A stretch of 57,935 nucleotides of DNA from a virus. Taxonomy: Duplodnaviria; Caudoviricetes. The stretch is from the IMG/VR virus record IMGVR_UViG_3300025872_000064, positions 1 through 57,935 of that record. One strand, 5' to 3'. Position numbers and translations under genes: made by a program. Shown here one piece after another: positions 36,759 through 46,620 of this stretch. Positions within the stretch are counted from its first letter, which is position 1. The number at the start of each line of letters is the position of its first letter. The notes under the pieces were generated by a model. That model was not told where the DNA came from. It did no database searches and saw only the letters and a list, made by a program, of their open reading frames with translations.

Positions 36759-36762
36759 CTAA

Positions 36763-37248
36763 TCAGGTTCCCATGACGTAGATTTCGTAGTTCTGGCCCG
36801 TCGTCCCACCGACGCGGAGGATGCTCCCGCCGGACGTCGTGGCGAAGCCGGCCGAGTTGGGGCAGGACAGCATGAACGCGCCGCCCTCGCGGATCGGGTA
36901 GCCGCGGAGCGTCAGCGCCCCGAGGTTGATGATCGGCGAGAAGTTCCAGGCCGTGACGTCCTGCCGGAACAGGCTGAACTGGCTCCCCGTCCAGCCGGCC
37001 GACAGGGCGATCTGGCTCGTTGTCGACAGGTTCTTGATGCAGAGCAACTTCACCGTGCCGATGCCGATGGCCGAGAAGTCGACCTCGTCTAGCCCCGCAG
37101 AGAACGTGCGGCGGTCGCTCCAAACCTTCGTGCAGTCGCCGACGTCGAAGAAGAACGTCAGCGGGTGGTCGGCAATCTCCGTCGTGAGGCCATTCGCGAG
37201 CTGCGAACGTGCCTGCACTTTTGCCTGCACATGGGCCTGGAGGCTCAT
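36763..37248 (-). CDS. Hypothetical virion protein
   Basis: Start MSLQAH with ATGA coupling; VWSDRRT, IKNLSTT. Confidence 0.65.
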   Translation of the reverse strand: MSLQAHVQAKVQARSQLANGLTTEIADHPLTFFFDVGDCTKVWSDRRTFSAGLDEVDFSAIGIGTVKLLCIKNLSTTSQIALSAGWTGSQFSLFRQDVTAWNFSPIINLGALTLRGYPIREGGAFMLSCPNSAGFATTSGGSILRVGGTTGQNYEIYVMGT

Positions 37249-37895
37249 CGGTAGCCTCCCCAGCCGGACGCCGCCAGGAGCGTGTCGAACGTCTGCGGCA
37301 CCGGCAGCACTTGGCTGAAGCCTGTGACCACTGGCTGTCGCATCTCGAACCAGTGGGCGACGAGGAGAAGGATCAGACCCTTGACCGTGCTCGGCACGCT
37401 TGAGCCGCTCGCCCCGTAGCCTGCCGGCCAGCGGACGATGACGCTGTTCTCGTCGCCACGCACCGCCGGCCAGACGCCGCCGAACTGCGGATAGATGCGG
37501 CCTGGTGTTGCGTAGTAGTCGGTCTGAAATGCCCCGGCCGCCGAGGTGATCGTCTGGCTGACACCGGCCTCGTCGCGGTAGATGACCGTCACCGTGCCGC
37601 TTGCCATCGGCGGGCGGGGGAGGATGATCTCCCACAAGGGAAAGCAGTCATAGCGGGCCTCGAGCGTCTGGGAGATGAGGCTGACGTCCAGCACGTTCTC
37701 GACGTACTCCGTCGCCATCGCGATCAGACTATTGAGGTAGGTGTCCTCATCTGAGGTGTCGACGCGGCACTGCGTCTTCGCCTCCGCGAGCGTCACCGGA
37801 TAGGCCGCCGGGGCGGTGTATTTGATGAGGCTGCGGTACGGCGTGACGCCGGCCGACGGGTACTCCGGCGAGCCGTAGGTGATCGAAACGGTCAT
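37245..37895 (-). CDS. Head-tail connector protein
   Basis: PVTLAEAK..CRVD..DED, AGYG...VP, ILLLVAHWFE.R. Confidence 0.88.
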   Translation of the reverse strand: MTVSITYGSPEYPSAGVTPYRSLIKYTAPAAYPVTLAEAKTQCRVDTSDEDTYLNSLIAMATEYVENVLDVSLISQTLEARYDCFPLWEIILPRPPMASGTVTVIYRDEAGVSQTITSAAGAFQTDYYATPGRIYPQFGGVWPAVRGDENSVIVRWPAGYGASGSSVPSTVKGLILLLVAHWFEMRQPVVTGFSQVLPVPQTFDTLLAASGWGGYR

Positions 37896-38089
37896 TTCGC
37901 CTTCCTCCTGGCCGGCTGCGGCATCGTGGCCCGCTCACTCCGCTCCTCGACGGTCGCGGCCTCCAGGCGGCGCTCGCCGATCTCCTCGACCATGCCGCGA
38001 GCGATGTAGATGCGGGCCGCGCCGTCGCCCCAATCAAACTCCTGGCCGGGGCGGTAGCCAGCGAACGACTTCAGTACGCGAATCCTCAT
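37892..38089 (-). CDS. Small head-module protein
   Basis: M.IRVLK.F.GY.PG pattern after capsid genes. Confidence 0.6.
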   Translation of the reverse strand: MRIRVLKSFAGYRPGQEFDWGDGAARIYIARGMVEEIGERRLEAATVEERSERATMPQPARRKAK

Positions 38090-38814
38090 GGCACGAACCC
38101 CCAGGCGCCTTCCGGAGGCTTCTTTCCGTTGTTCCAGAACTCCGTCGTGTGCTGCTGCACCTTGCCGCCTTCGACGCTCCTGGACGGCCAGGTGATCATC
38201 AGTTCGGCGTGGCCGACGCTGACGTTTGTTGCGATGCCCAGGCGGTTGCCGCTGGCGGCGAACTTCTTCCAGAAGTAGATGTCCTCGTCAACATGGCCGC
38301 CCGTGAACGTCCCATCGTCGTTTGCCTCTGCCAGGAACCACGGCTTCGGCATCTTCTTGATGGCGGCGGTGCGGATGAACGTGCAACCGAAGTGCGCCGT
38401 CTCGACAGGCTGGACGACCTTCTGGAACCAGTCATTCTCGACCGTCGTGCGCTCGTCTGGCGTCACGCCCGGCAGGGCGAACATCACCGTGTTCGCTTCC
38501 CGCTTTGTCTGGAGCGGGGCGATGGCGTCGAAGCCCGAGTGCAGAAGGAGGGCGAGGAGCGCCTCCACCGTCTTGGCGGTGAAGATCGTGTCATAGTCGA
38601 TCGTCAGCACGACGTCGTGCGTGTCGATGACTTGCTCCATTGTCCGCTGCAAACACTGACCAAAAAACGCCCCGGTGTATTTGATCGGGGCGATCCCGTG
38701 CGGCGCGAGAGCCTGCGAGATGCAGAAGAAATTATCAGTGAAGCCGAGGCGAGGGACGCTCATCAGAGCGGCTACCTTCACCTCGGCTTCACAATTACCG
38801 ACACGCAGCAGCAT
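38086..38814 (-). CDS. GT-A fold glycosyltransferase-like protein
   Basis: IDYD (DxD), HFGCTFIR, PWF, EDIYF, VGH. Confidence 0.75.
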   Translation of the reverse strand: MLLRVGNCEAEVKVAALMSVPRLGFTDNFFCISQALAPHGIAPIKYTGAFFGQCLQRTMEQVIDTHDVVLTIDYDTIFTAKTVEALLALLLHSGFDAIAPLQTKREANTVMFALPGVTPDERTTVENDWFQKVVQPVETAHFGCTFIRTAAIKKMPKPWFLAEANDDGTFTGGHVDEDIYFWKKFAASGNRLGIATNVSVGHAELMITWPSRSVEGGKVQQHTTEFWNNGKKPPEGAWGFVP

Positions 38815-38890
38815 GGTTCGCTCCTTGTGAGGAGCGGGCGCGCATCCTTGCGCCTTTGTCGGCCGTCATGGCCGTCCCGCTTGTACGGGA

Positions 38891-39328
38891 CTAGCCAACG
38901 ACTCGGCCGATGACACCAGCGTCCGCGTTGGTCACGGGCGACTCTTCGCCACGGCCAAGCCGAGCCACGATCGCCACGTTCGCCGTGGCGCCTGGCGTGT
39001 AGGACACCTTCAGGTAGCGCTTCTTGGCCTTCGCGTCGATGTCGAACTTCAGGACGGACGTCAGAGCCGTGCTCGTGACAGCCGGGATCGTGAAGCCACC
39101 GACGCCGCCGCCCACCAGGGCGGTGACGTTCGAGTAGGACGAGTTGTCGTCCGACTCTTCGACCTTCACGACGTTCGCGAACACCGTGCTGGCGTTGCTG
39201 GCCCGCAGCACGGTCACGCTGGCGTGATCGAAACCGAGGGTGTCGATCGTTAGTGTGGCGGTCGCGGTCGCGCCGACAGCCGCAGCCTCGACGTTCGCAA
39301 CGACCTTATGGTTCTGGGAGTGGATCAT
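38891..39328 (-). CDS. Capsid decoration/cement-like protein
   Basis: IDTLGF, VEESDD..SY, KRYLKV; directly after the major capsid gene. Confidence 0.65.
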   Translation of the reverse strand: MIHSQNHKVVANVEAAAVGATATATLTIDTLGFDHASVTVLRASNASTVFANVVKVEESDDNSSYSNVTALVGGGVGGFTIPAVTSTALTSVLKFDIDAKAKKRYLKVSYTPGATANVAIVARLGRGEESPVTNADAGVIGRVVG

Positions 39329-39347
39329 GCTTCAGAGGCTCCTGTTA

Positions 39348-40697
39348 TCACGAGGCGGCCGAACGGAGAGCGATCACGGGACCGACCTCCGAAGTCGTGC
39401 CAAGGGTGTGTGCGACCGAATCGAACCGCATCGTTCCCTGGAGCAGAAGCTGGTCGGTGGTCGCGTAGACCTGATCGAACAGCCGCACCGAGAAGTCACG
39501 ACGCCGGGCGTAGATGCAGGCGAGGTTCAGGTTGCCGAAGAGCACCTTCACCTTGCTGGTGTCCGCGCCGAGGGTGCTGTTCATCACATGCACCATCCGC
39601 ACGGGGTAGCCGAGGAAGGACTCGCCAGCCGCCGCACCGATGTTCTCGACGGTGTTGCCACCGGCCGCGTACTTCAGGCGGGCGATGCTCGCCGCGTAGC
39701 CGGCCGGCGACACATACCAGGCCGCTCCCTGACGGGCGTAGAGGGGCAACTTGCCCATCACGGCCAGGAAGTCCTCGATGTCCAGCGTCTCGAACGCCGT
39801 GTTGCCCGTCGCGGCCGACACCACCGAAGCGGTGTGCGTACCGTCGTTGATCTTGTTGATGACGCCGTTGATACCGCCGTAGGTGCTCGTACCGTCACCG
39901 ATCCAGCCGCACTGGTCGATGCGGAAGGCCAGCGAGGTGCTGAACTCCGTAGCGACTGCGTCGGCCAAGGACACCACGCCAGCGGTATCTTCCACCACCT
40001 CGGTGCTCATGCGGCAGCCGACTGCGAGCTTCTTGGCGACGAGCGATACGTTGCCGTAGGTCGGCTCGCTCTCCGTCACGCTGGAGCCTTCGCCAACGAA
40101 GTAGGCAGTCGTGCCGGACAGACGCTTCGGGATCACCATCGTGTCCCGGCTCATCGACACGTTCTCGACGGCGGCCGGGTAGGTGCCGTAGGTTTCGACG
40201 AGACGGATCACGCGAGCGGCGAACTCCTCCGGCACCAGGCTGCCTCCGGCCGAGTTGCTGCCCTCGTTGAGGGCGCGGGCCTCGACGCCGTGCTCACGGC
40301 ACCACCGGATGTCCGACTCGTTCTTGAACACCGTGGCCTTGATCCACCGGCCGCAGCGGTAGGCGCTCTCGACGGCATCGGGGCCGTCGTTGAACGCACG
40401 CAGGGTCGAGTGGTGCGGGTTGATCGCCCGAATCTCGACCTTCTTGGGCTGCTCGGCAGCCACGGGTGCGGCGGGGGCCGCCGGGGCCGCAGCCTCGACG
40501 ACAGCGCGGAGTTCCTGCTCCTTCGCGGCGAGCTTGCCCTCGAACTCCAGGTCGGACTTGACCTTGTCGGCTTCGTCGGAAAGCCGACGGAGTTCCGCGG
40601 TCTGATCCTCCGAACGCTCGGCCACATCGGCCAGTTCGGTCATCCGGGCGGCGATCGCCGCGGCACGGTCCTGAAGACGCTTGAGGTTGCTCGCCAT
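39348..40697 (-). CDS. Major capsid protein (HK97 fold)
   Basis: Coiled-coil delta domain, GGSLVPEEF, GDGT, FLGYPV, LFGNL. Confidence 0.93.
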   Translation of the reverse strand: MASNLKRLQDRAAAIAARMTELADVAERSEDQTAELRRLSDEADKVKSDLEFEGKLAAKEQELRAVVEAAAPAAPAAPVAAEQPKKVEIRAINPHHSTLRAFNDGPDAVESAYRCGRWIKATVFKNESDIRWCREHGVEARALNEGSNSAGGSLVPEEFAARVIRLVETYGTYPAAVENVSMSRDTMVIPKRLSGTTAYFVGEGSSVTESEPTYGNVSLVAKKLAVGCRMSTEVVEDTAGVVSLADAVATEFSTSLAFRIDQCGWIGDGTSTYGGINGVINKINDGTHTASVVSAATGNTAFETLDIEDFLAVMGKLPLYARQGAAWYVSPAGYAASIARLKYAAGGNTVENIGAAAGESFLGYPVRMVHVMNSTLGADTSKVKVLFGNLNLACIYARRRDFSVRLFDQVYATTDQLLLQGTMRFDSVAHTLGTTSEVGPVIALRSAAS

Positions 40698-40855
40698 GAT
40701 TGGCCTTGCTCCTTGTGAAGCCGGCCAATCGCGAAGGTGCGGCGGCCGGCGGGTGGTTTGCCCGCAAGCGCGCCGCGAAATGAATCCTCAAGTCGCTCGC
40801 ACTGCTCCCTGCGAAATCCTTCGCAGGGCGTATATCTTGATTTGTAGGGTACTGA

Positions 40856-42271
40856 CTACTTGCCGTGCAAGTGAGTCCGCAGCATCGTTGCCTTGAGCGA
40901 CGCGATCTTCGACCGAAAGTGCTCCGTCGAGTCTGACGCAGCAACGCTCGCAGACCTCTCCGAAGTCATCGACAACTTCGACGCCGGGATGACCCACAAC
41001 TTGCAGATGCCTTCCGGGGCGATGTCGCCTTCGACGGCCTCGCACATTCCACCGCCGTCATACATCAAGCAGTTCGCGCACCTCATGCCGGCGTCGGCAA
41101 AGGGGCTTTCCGCCATGTAGTGGGCGCCATTCGGGCCTTCCTGCGGCCACTGGCCCATCTGCTCCGCGATGGATTCTGTGGCATCGAGAAGCGCAGCGTT
41201 CTTCGGCGTGATGTCGGCGTTCTCTTCTGAGTAGTCTTCCATCGTGAGCGGCTGATCGGGCTCCTCGATGGAGCGGCCTTCGGCCTTGTCGAGCGCGGCC
41301 ACCTTCCTGGCAGACCAGTTCTTCGCCGCGTTTCCGCCCCACAGAAGGTGCGCTACGAACCCCGGAGACTCGCTTCCAGGCGTATCCCATCCGGCCTTGG
41401 CGTCGACCGCGTGCCGCGCGAACCAGGCATTCATCTCACGGACCCAGTCGGGATTCATGTTTTCGCGACGGGCGAGGCGATTCGCCCTGGCGACCGTCTC
41501 CGGCTTCAGGCCGTCGCCGCTCTTGCCTTCCTCGTGCAGCTTCAATCCTCGTCGAGCCGCCGCGGCCATTCCGGCCGTAGGTTTGAGACTGATGGCGGCA
41601 CGCTCCTCATCGCCGGCCGCCACCGCACCATCTTCTGGGGAGGCGTTCTCTTCGGCTTCAGGAGCCTGGACAACAGCCTCAACAGCAGGCTCCGACGCTC
41701 TGTGCTCACTGGCGATCTCCGACGCTGCCTTGGTGTTCTCAGCGAGAGCCATTTCGATGGCTCGCTTGCTGACGTAGGTTTCGGTGGCGAGATAGGCCGG
41801 GGTGTCGACGGGGCCGGCGTCCCCGAGATACGAAAACTTCTTGATCCGGCGGATCATTCGGCCGTTGGCGTCGCGTGTCCACGACTCGTCCGCTGGTTTC
41901 GAGCGGAAGGCGAAGCTTGATCCGCGAACGTCGCCTCTTTCGATCAATTCGACGACGTCCGCAGCCGACCGCGGAGGGTCGATTTCGTACCGCAGGCCGC
42001 GCTCGTCGACCGTCAGCCGCATCGTGCCGCTGGTGGTGCGGCCGATGACGCGCTCGTGGTTGTATTTGCCGAAAACGTCGGGATTCGACCGCATGACGTC
42101 GTCGAACGCACCGCGTTCCACGATCTCGACGAAGCCACCCAAGTCCTGCGACTCGGATTCAAAGACGGCGGCGTAGCCGCGAATGACCGTGCGGCCATTG
42201 TCGTCCTGCTTGACAACCAGCCCCGGCACTTCGCCGATCAGGCGTCGCTCAAGTTCGCACGATCCGTCCAT
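40856..42271 (-). CDS. HK97-family prohead protease with extra C-terminal domains
   Basis: IRGYAAVF, GGFVEI..GAF, YNH, GSSFAF, PVDTPAY; C-terminal CANC..C..C. Confidence 0.9.
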   Translation of the reverse strand: MDGSCELERRLIGEVPGLVVKQDDNGRTVIRGYAAVFESESQDLGGFVEIVERGAFDDVMRSNPDVFGKYNHERVIGRTTSGTMRLTVDERGLRYEIDPPRSAADVVELIERGDVRGSSFAFRSKPADESWTRDANGRMIRRIKKFSYLGDAGPVDTPAYLATETYVSKRAIEMALAENTKAASEIASEHRASEPAVEAVVQAPEAEENASPEDGAVAAGDEERAAISLKPTAGMAAAARRGLKLHEEGKSGDGLKPETVARANRLARRENMNPDWVREMNAWFARHAVDAKAGWDTPGSESPGFVAHLLWGGNAAKNWSARKVAALDKAEGRSIEEPDQPLTMEDYSEENADITPKNAALLDATESIAEQMGQWPQEGPNGAHYMAESPFADAGMRCANCLMYDGGGMCEAVEGDIAPEGICKLWVIPASKLSMTSERSASVAASDSTEHFRSKIASLKATMLRTHLHGK

Positions 42272-43872
42272 GACTTCGTCGCCTCCTCATACGGCCTGCC
42301 GGAGCGGTGACACTCCAGGAGGCGGTTCCTCGTCTCTTCCATCCACGCAAGCGCGAACGCCTCGATGTCGCGGCCAGTGGCCTTTGCGGCGTCCAGCAGT
42401 TCGGTCTTCATCCGCTGCTCGTGGGCCTCGAGCCACGCCTGCAACTTTCCAGGCTTGTTGCGGCGCTCAAGAATCCCGTCGGCCTCGACGGCCGCGAGCC
42501 GCCGGAGCGTCGTGCGGAAGAGCACCTCGGCCGAGGAGCGGGTGCTGGTGGCGGCCTCCGCAGGCGTCGGCCCGTCGTTTCCATCGGTCGGCTGGTCGCC
42601 GTTGTCGACGGAGTTGTCTGCCGGAGCGGCGGCGGTCGGAAGTTCAGCCGGCGCACCCGTCGGATTCTCGGCGGTGAAGGCGTCCAGTAGTTGCATATTC
42701 ACCTGGACGAACCGCTTGTTACCGAGGCCGTCGGGGAGCGGGTTGTAGCCGATCTGGCCGCGGATTTCGTCGACACTAAGACAGCCCATGTTGAACATCT
42801 CTCGCAGGAACTGCGAGCGGGCCTGGTAGTCGCCTGCCATGAGCGCCGACATATCGAACTCGACGAAGTAGTTGGCCGAGTCCGCGATCAGGTCGCGACG
42901 GACGGCAAACTGCCACCGCCGGCAGTGCGGGATGAGCGAGAACGTCGCGAAGTCGATGGCCGACTGCTCGACGGAGTTGTAGCGGACGTTGGACAGGTCG
43001 CCGAGTAGATGCAACGGCACCCGATAGCCGCGCGAGATTTCTTCCACGGCGTAGCGGCGCGTGGCGATAAGCTCCGCGTGCTGGTTGTTGACAGGGTCGT
43101 TCTTCTTGTGGAAGCCGAATGGCATGACCACGGTGGAGAACGCTTTGGTCGGGCCGCGGTGGGCGTCGTCCCACTGGCTCTTGAAGTTCCGCAGCGCGTC
43201 AGGCTTGAACGGCTGATCGGTTTCGATGTACGTCCCCGTCTGGGCGCCGTTGCCAAAGAACGCCGACGAGTGGAGTTCCGTCGCCCTGGCGAGGGCGATG
43301 GCGTCCTTGGCGAGCGAGATCGGGATGTAGCCGGTGACGCCGTCGCTCGAGAGCCAGCGGAGGTGGAAAATCTGATCCTGCCGGTACTTCTTCGGCTCGG
43401 CCTGCATCGGCTCGGTGTATTGGTACTGGAGCCGGCCGTTCTCGAGACGGACGATCGTCATCCGGCTGGCGTGCAGGGGGATCAGTTGGTCGACGGCACC
43501 GCGGCGGCCGGGCTTGATGAGGGAGTAGGCGTTGCCCCAGAGGAGCAACTGGCTCATCATCCACTCCCGCCACTCGAAACTCGTCATCCAGTCATTCGGC
43601 TGGTAGGCGAGGACTTCCTGGAGCGGCTGGTCTTCGGCGATTTCCTTACCTCCACCCGGCAGGCGCCGGTAGAGGTTGAATGGCATCGAGGCGATGCTTT
43701 CCGATAGCACTCTTACGCAGCAAAGTACAGCGCTGCACTTCAGGCTGCTCTCGGGGCTGATGGTGACGCCGGCCGTCGTCTTGTTGTTCTCGACGATTTC
43801 CTCGAAGACGCGAGAGAGGCTGGATCGCATCTCTAGGAGATCAGCAACATTTTCGTCGTCGAAGTCCGGCAT
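42238..43872 (-). CDS. Portal protein (HK97 family)
   Basis: SAV.CCV.VLSE.IAS.P, LLWGNAY, IFHLR, EI.R.Y.VP. Confidence 0.93.
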   Translation of the reverse strand: MPDFDDENVADLLEMRSSLSRVFEEIVENNKTTAGVTISPESSLKCSAVLCCVRVLSESIASMPFNLYRRLPGGGKEIAEDQPLQEVLAYQPNDWMTSFEWREWMMSQLLLWGNAYSLIKPGRRGAVDQLIPLHASRMTIVRLENGRLQYQYTEPMQAEPKKYRQDQIFHLRWLSSDGVTGYIPISLAKDAIALARATELHSSAFFGNGAQTGTYIETDQPFKPDALRNFKSQWDDAHRGPTKAFSTVVMPFGFHKKNDPVNNQHAELIATRRYAVEEISRGYRVPLHLLGDLSNVRYNSVEQSAIDFATFSLIPHCRRWQFAVRRDLIADSANYFVEFDMSALMAGDYQARSQFLREMFNMGCLSVDEIRGQIGYNPLPDGLGNKRFVQVNMQLLDAFTAENPTGAPAELPTAAAPADNSVDNGDQPTDGNDGPTPAEAATSTRSSAEVLFRTTLRRLAAVEADGILERRNKPGKLQAWLEAHEQRMKTELLDAAKATGRDIEAFALAWMEETRNRLLECHRSGRPYEEATKSWTDRANLSDA

Positions 43873-43875
43873 CGC

Positions 43876-45405
43876 TTAGAACACCACCAGTTTCGGGTCT
43901 TCTTCGGGGCCGTGCGTCGCGCTGCTGGCGAGGCCCAAGGCCATGATCAAGGCCACGGCGGCGTCGATCCTTGCTGTCGCGTGAGAGTGTTGTTTTGTAG
44001 GCTTGACGTTCCCGGCGTCATCGACGCGGCACTGCATATTGCTCAAGTGGAGGGCGATCGCCTTGTTGTCGCCGAGTCGGAGCCGGCCTCCCAATGCCAG
44101 CGCCTCAAGCAACTTCGTCGGCGCCGAGAGGCTGGCGTAGCCCTGTCCGTAGGGCTTGACGTCAATCCCTTCAGCCACCAACTGGGTCGTGATATGCGTG
44201 GCATTCCAGCGATCAATAGCCACGGCGCGGACTGCGTTCTTCTCGCAAAACGAGAGGACGTAGTTCCGAACCGCGTCAAAATCAACAAGATCGCCTTCCG
44301 TAAGTGTAACGAATCCGTCCTTGGCCCATTGCCGATACGGCGCTTCCGGCTTGTCGGCGTTCTCCTCTGGGATGAAGAGATGCGCGTGAACGTCGAACGA
44401 TCCGTCATCGTCAGCCCAGACGGCGACGAACGCCGTGGTGTCGGTGTTGCTCGACAAGTCGAGGCCGCAGTAAGCGATGCGGTCGCCGATGGGCCTTGTC
44501 GGCACGAGGCACTTGTCGATTGTGCCGGTGCGGAAGTAGCGGTTTGCCCCGTTTGACACCCACTGGTTTAGGTACAGCGTCCTGAACTTGATCTCCTGGA
44601 CGACGCTCTCGCGGGCGAGCGACGCCTCGCGTTCCATGAACTCCTTCCGCACGGTCGTTCCATAGTTCGGCATGGCGGTGCGCCAGGTGGCCTCGTCGAA
44701 CGGGTCGGCATCGTCGGGGGCCGCGAAGATGCACGGCAGAAACGTCGGATCGTCGATCAGGCCGTCCTTGACCTTCAGCGCCCGCTGCCACTCGTCATAG
44801 CAGGGGCCGACGCGATCCATGCCGGCCGTCGTCACATAGATGACGAGCGGCTCGGCTCGCGCACCCATACCCGATTCCAGCACATCGACCAAATCCCGGC
44901 TGGTCTGGACATGGTATTCGTCCACCACCACCAGGCTCGGGTTGTAGCCGTGCTTGCCCTTGTGCTCGGAGGAAAGGAATTGAATCGTGCTCTGCTTGTG
45001 CGGTATGACGATGGAGTTCTTATAGATTTTGCACCGCTTCAGCAGGCCGGGGCAGGATTCGATGTACCTCGAGCACGCCGTGAACAGGAGGCTCGCCTGC
45101 TTCCGATCCCCGGCGGCGATGAGAATCTGGCCGCCGGCCTCGCCGAAGAACCCCTCGTAGGCGCCGATCACGGCGCACATCGCCGTCTTGCCCATCTTCC
45201 GAGGCAGGGCCAGCAGGCTCCGCTGATACTGTCGCCGGCCGTCCGGCCGCTTGGTATTGAAGAGGCTGTCGAGGTACTCGTCCTGCCAGGGTGCCGGGAT
45301 GAACGGCTGGCCGGTGAACGGGGACTCCGTATGCTTCAGCAGCCGCGCGAACTCGCGGATGTCAACCCGTCGCTGCGTCGTCAAAGAGGGCGTCCACGGG
45401 GTCAT
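43876..45405 (-). CDS. terL: Terminase large subunit
   Basis: PRKMGKT, VVDEYH, TTAG, GLDLS..D, RIDAAVA; exact start uncertain. Confidence 0.95.
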   Translation of the reverse strand: MTPWTPSLTTQRRVDIREFARLLKHTESPFTGQPFIPAPWQDEYLDSLFNTKRPDGRRQYQRSLLALPRKMGKTAMCAVIGAYEGFFGEAGGQILIAAGDRKQASLLFTACSRYIESCPGLLKRCKIYKNSIVIPHKQSTIQFLSSEHKGKHGYNPSLVVVDEYHVQTSRDLVDVLESGMGARAEPLVIYVTTAGMDRVGPCYDEWQRALKVKDGLIDDPTFLPCIFAAPDDADPFDEATWRTAMPNYGTTVRKEFMEREASLARESVVQEIKFRTLYLNQWVSNGANRYFRTGTIDKCLVPTRPIGDRIAYCGLDLSSNTDTTAFVAVWADDDGSFDVHAHLFIPEENADKPEAPYRQWAKDGFVTLTEGDLVDFDAVRNYVLSFCEKNAVRAVAIDRWNATHITTQLVAEGIDVKPYGQGYASLSAPTKLLEALALGGRLRLGDNKAIALHLSNMQCRVDDAGNVKPTKQHSHATARIDAAVALIMALGLASSATHGPEEDPKLVVF

Positions 45406-45850
45406 TGACCACCTTCACCGCACCGTACCCGAGTCGGGTGCGGTCGGCTGGGGTGAGGCCCAGGACGGTTTCCAGTTGCCGTAGCTGCTCGTGGCAATGG
45501 TTGCTCTGGGCCTGCCACTTCGTCGGCCGGCAGAACCGCAGGGAGCCGTCGGGGGCGAGAACTTCTCGCCAGCACTCGCCGGTCTTGGCGAGTTGCTGTT
45601 CGGCCTCTTGCCACTTATCCCAGACGATCGCGTATCGCGTGATCACCTGGGTGTCAGAGTTACATAACGTCCCCATCTGCTGTGTAAACTCGCAGACGAG
45701 ACGAAACATTGCCTTCGCCGAGGGCCGCAGCCACTCCGGCGGCTCGGGCAGGGCGGTAGCCGGCGTGCCGAGTTCCTCGCGGTACTTGGCATCTTTCGAC
45801 CCTCTCATCGAGAGGATGTGCTTCGGCGTTGGTGCTGGGCCTCTGACCAT
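45362..45850 (-). CDS. terS: Terminase small subunit (P27 family)
   Basis: RGPAPTP, PPEWL, LGLTPADR. Confidence 0.9.
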   Translation of the reverse strand: MVRGPAPTPKHILSMRGSKDAKYREELGTPATALPEPPEWLRPSAKAMFRLVCEFTQQMGTLCNSDTQVITRYAIVWDKWQEAEQQLAKTGECWREVLAPDGSLRFCRPTKWQAQSNHCHEQLRQLETVLGLTPADRTRLGYGAVKVVNDPVDALFDDAATG

Positions 45851-46217
45851 GACACCAGCGTAGGCTCTCGAGCGCCGCTGCCGCAAAGGAGTCCAGAAAA
45901 CGTCGAAAATCGCGGCGAATAGCCGTGATTTTCCAGTTTCGCGAAAGGCGAAAATTGCCGGGGAGCAAATAGGTCATACCTCCGCGAATCCGCGTGGCTG
46001 GGGACAAGCGGTCTGCCGCCCGATCGCCCCCGACGGCGTATCCCCCACCCGTAGGGGGTGTTGTATTTTCCCCACGATTCCCGCGGCAGATGATGCGCCG
46101 CCGCGCGGCGCGCCTTGATTCGTAGACTTCCGGCGCCGTTGTCGCATCTGCTAAGTGTCCGGCCCGAAAATAATTTGAGCCGGCGCGCAAGGCTTGCCGA
46201 TTGGCAGCGTATGCTAG

Positions 46218-46247
46218 TTGACAGCCGGACATCCGGCAGGGTACATT
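46218..46247 (+). promoter_or_regulatory. Sigma70-like promoter for the early gene array
   Basis: TTGACA-18 nt-TACATT. Confidence 0.55.
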
Positions 46248-46302
46248 GAATCAAGCCGCGGCGGAAACCGCGGCCGATACCTTGAAACGGAGAATTGAGA
46301 AT

Positions 46303-46542
46303 ATGAAACGGGCAACCTACAACGGTATGCGGGAGGAACTAGCGCATATCATCGGCGACGTTCGCATACTGTCGGGCGAGATTGTCGGGCCGTCTGATGC
46401 GACATGGCAGGACGTCGCGGGTACGCTTGCTGTCAACTTGCGTTGCCTTGCTGCCATGCTGGAAGAATGGCGCAAGGGTAACGCTGAACCGTTCTGTAGT
46501 TTTCCCGGATTGGACGACGTTGGAGTTGATGCCCGAGGCTAA
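46303..46542 (+). CDS. Hypothetical early protein
   Basis: ORF after TTGAAACGGAGA leader. Confidence 0.6.
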   Translation: MKRATYNGMREELAHIIGDVRILSGEIVGPSDATWQDVAGTLAVNLRCLAAMLEEWRKGNAEPFCSFPGLDDVGVDARG

Positions 46543-46620
46543 CTTGCAAGCCGAGACTATCCGCCGCGGCGCGTTGCCGCGGCGGGGGACGATTGAAACC
46601 TGAAACGGAGAGTTTTTACC

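Noticed and set aside
1436-45863. Long plus-strand ORFs (e.g. 1816-2931, 2838-3965, 39240-40718, 33711-34760)
   Set aside because: Antisense shadows of well-supported minus-strand genes in high-GC DNA, with no recognisable motifs
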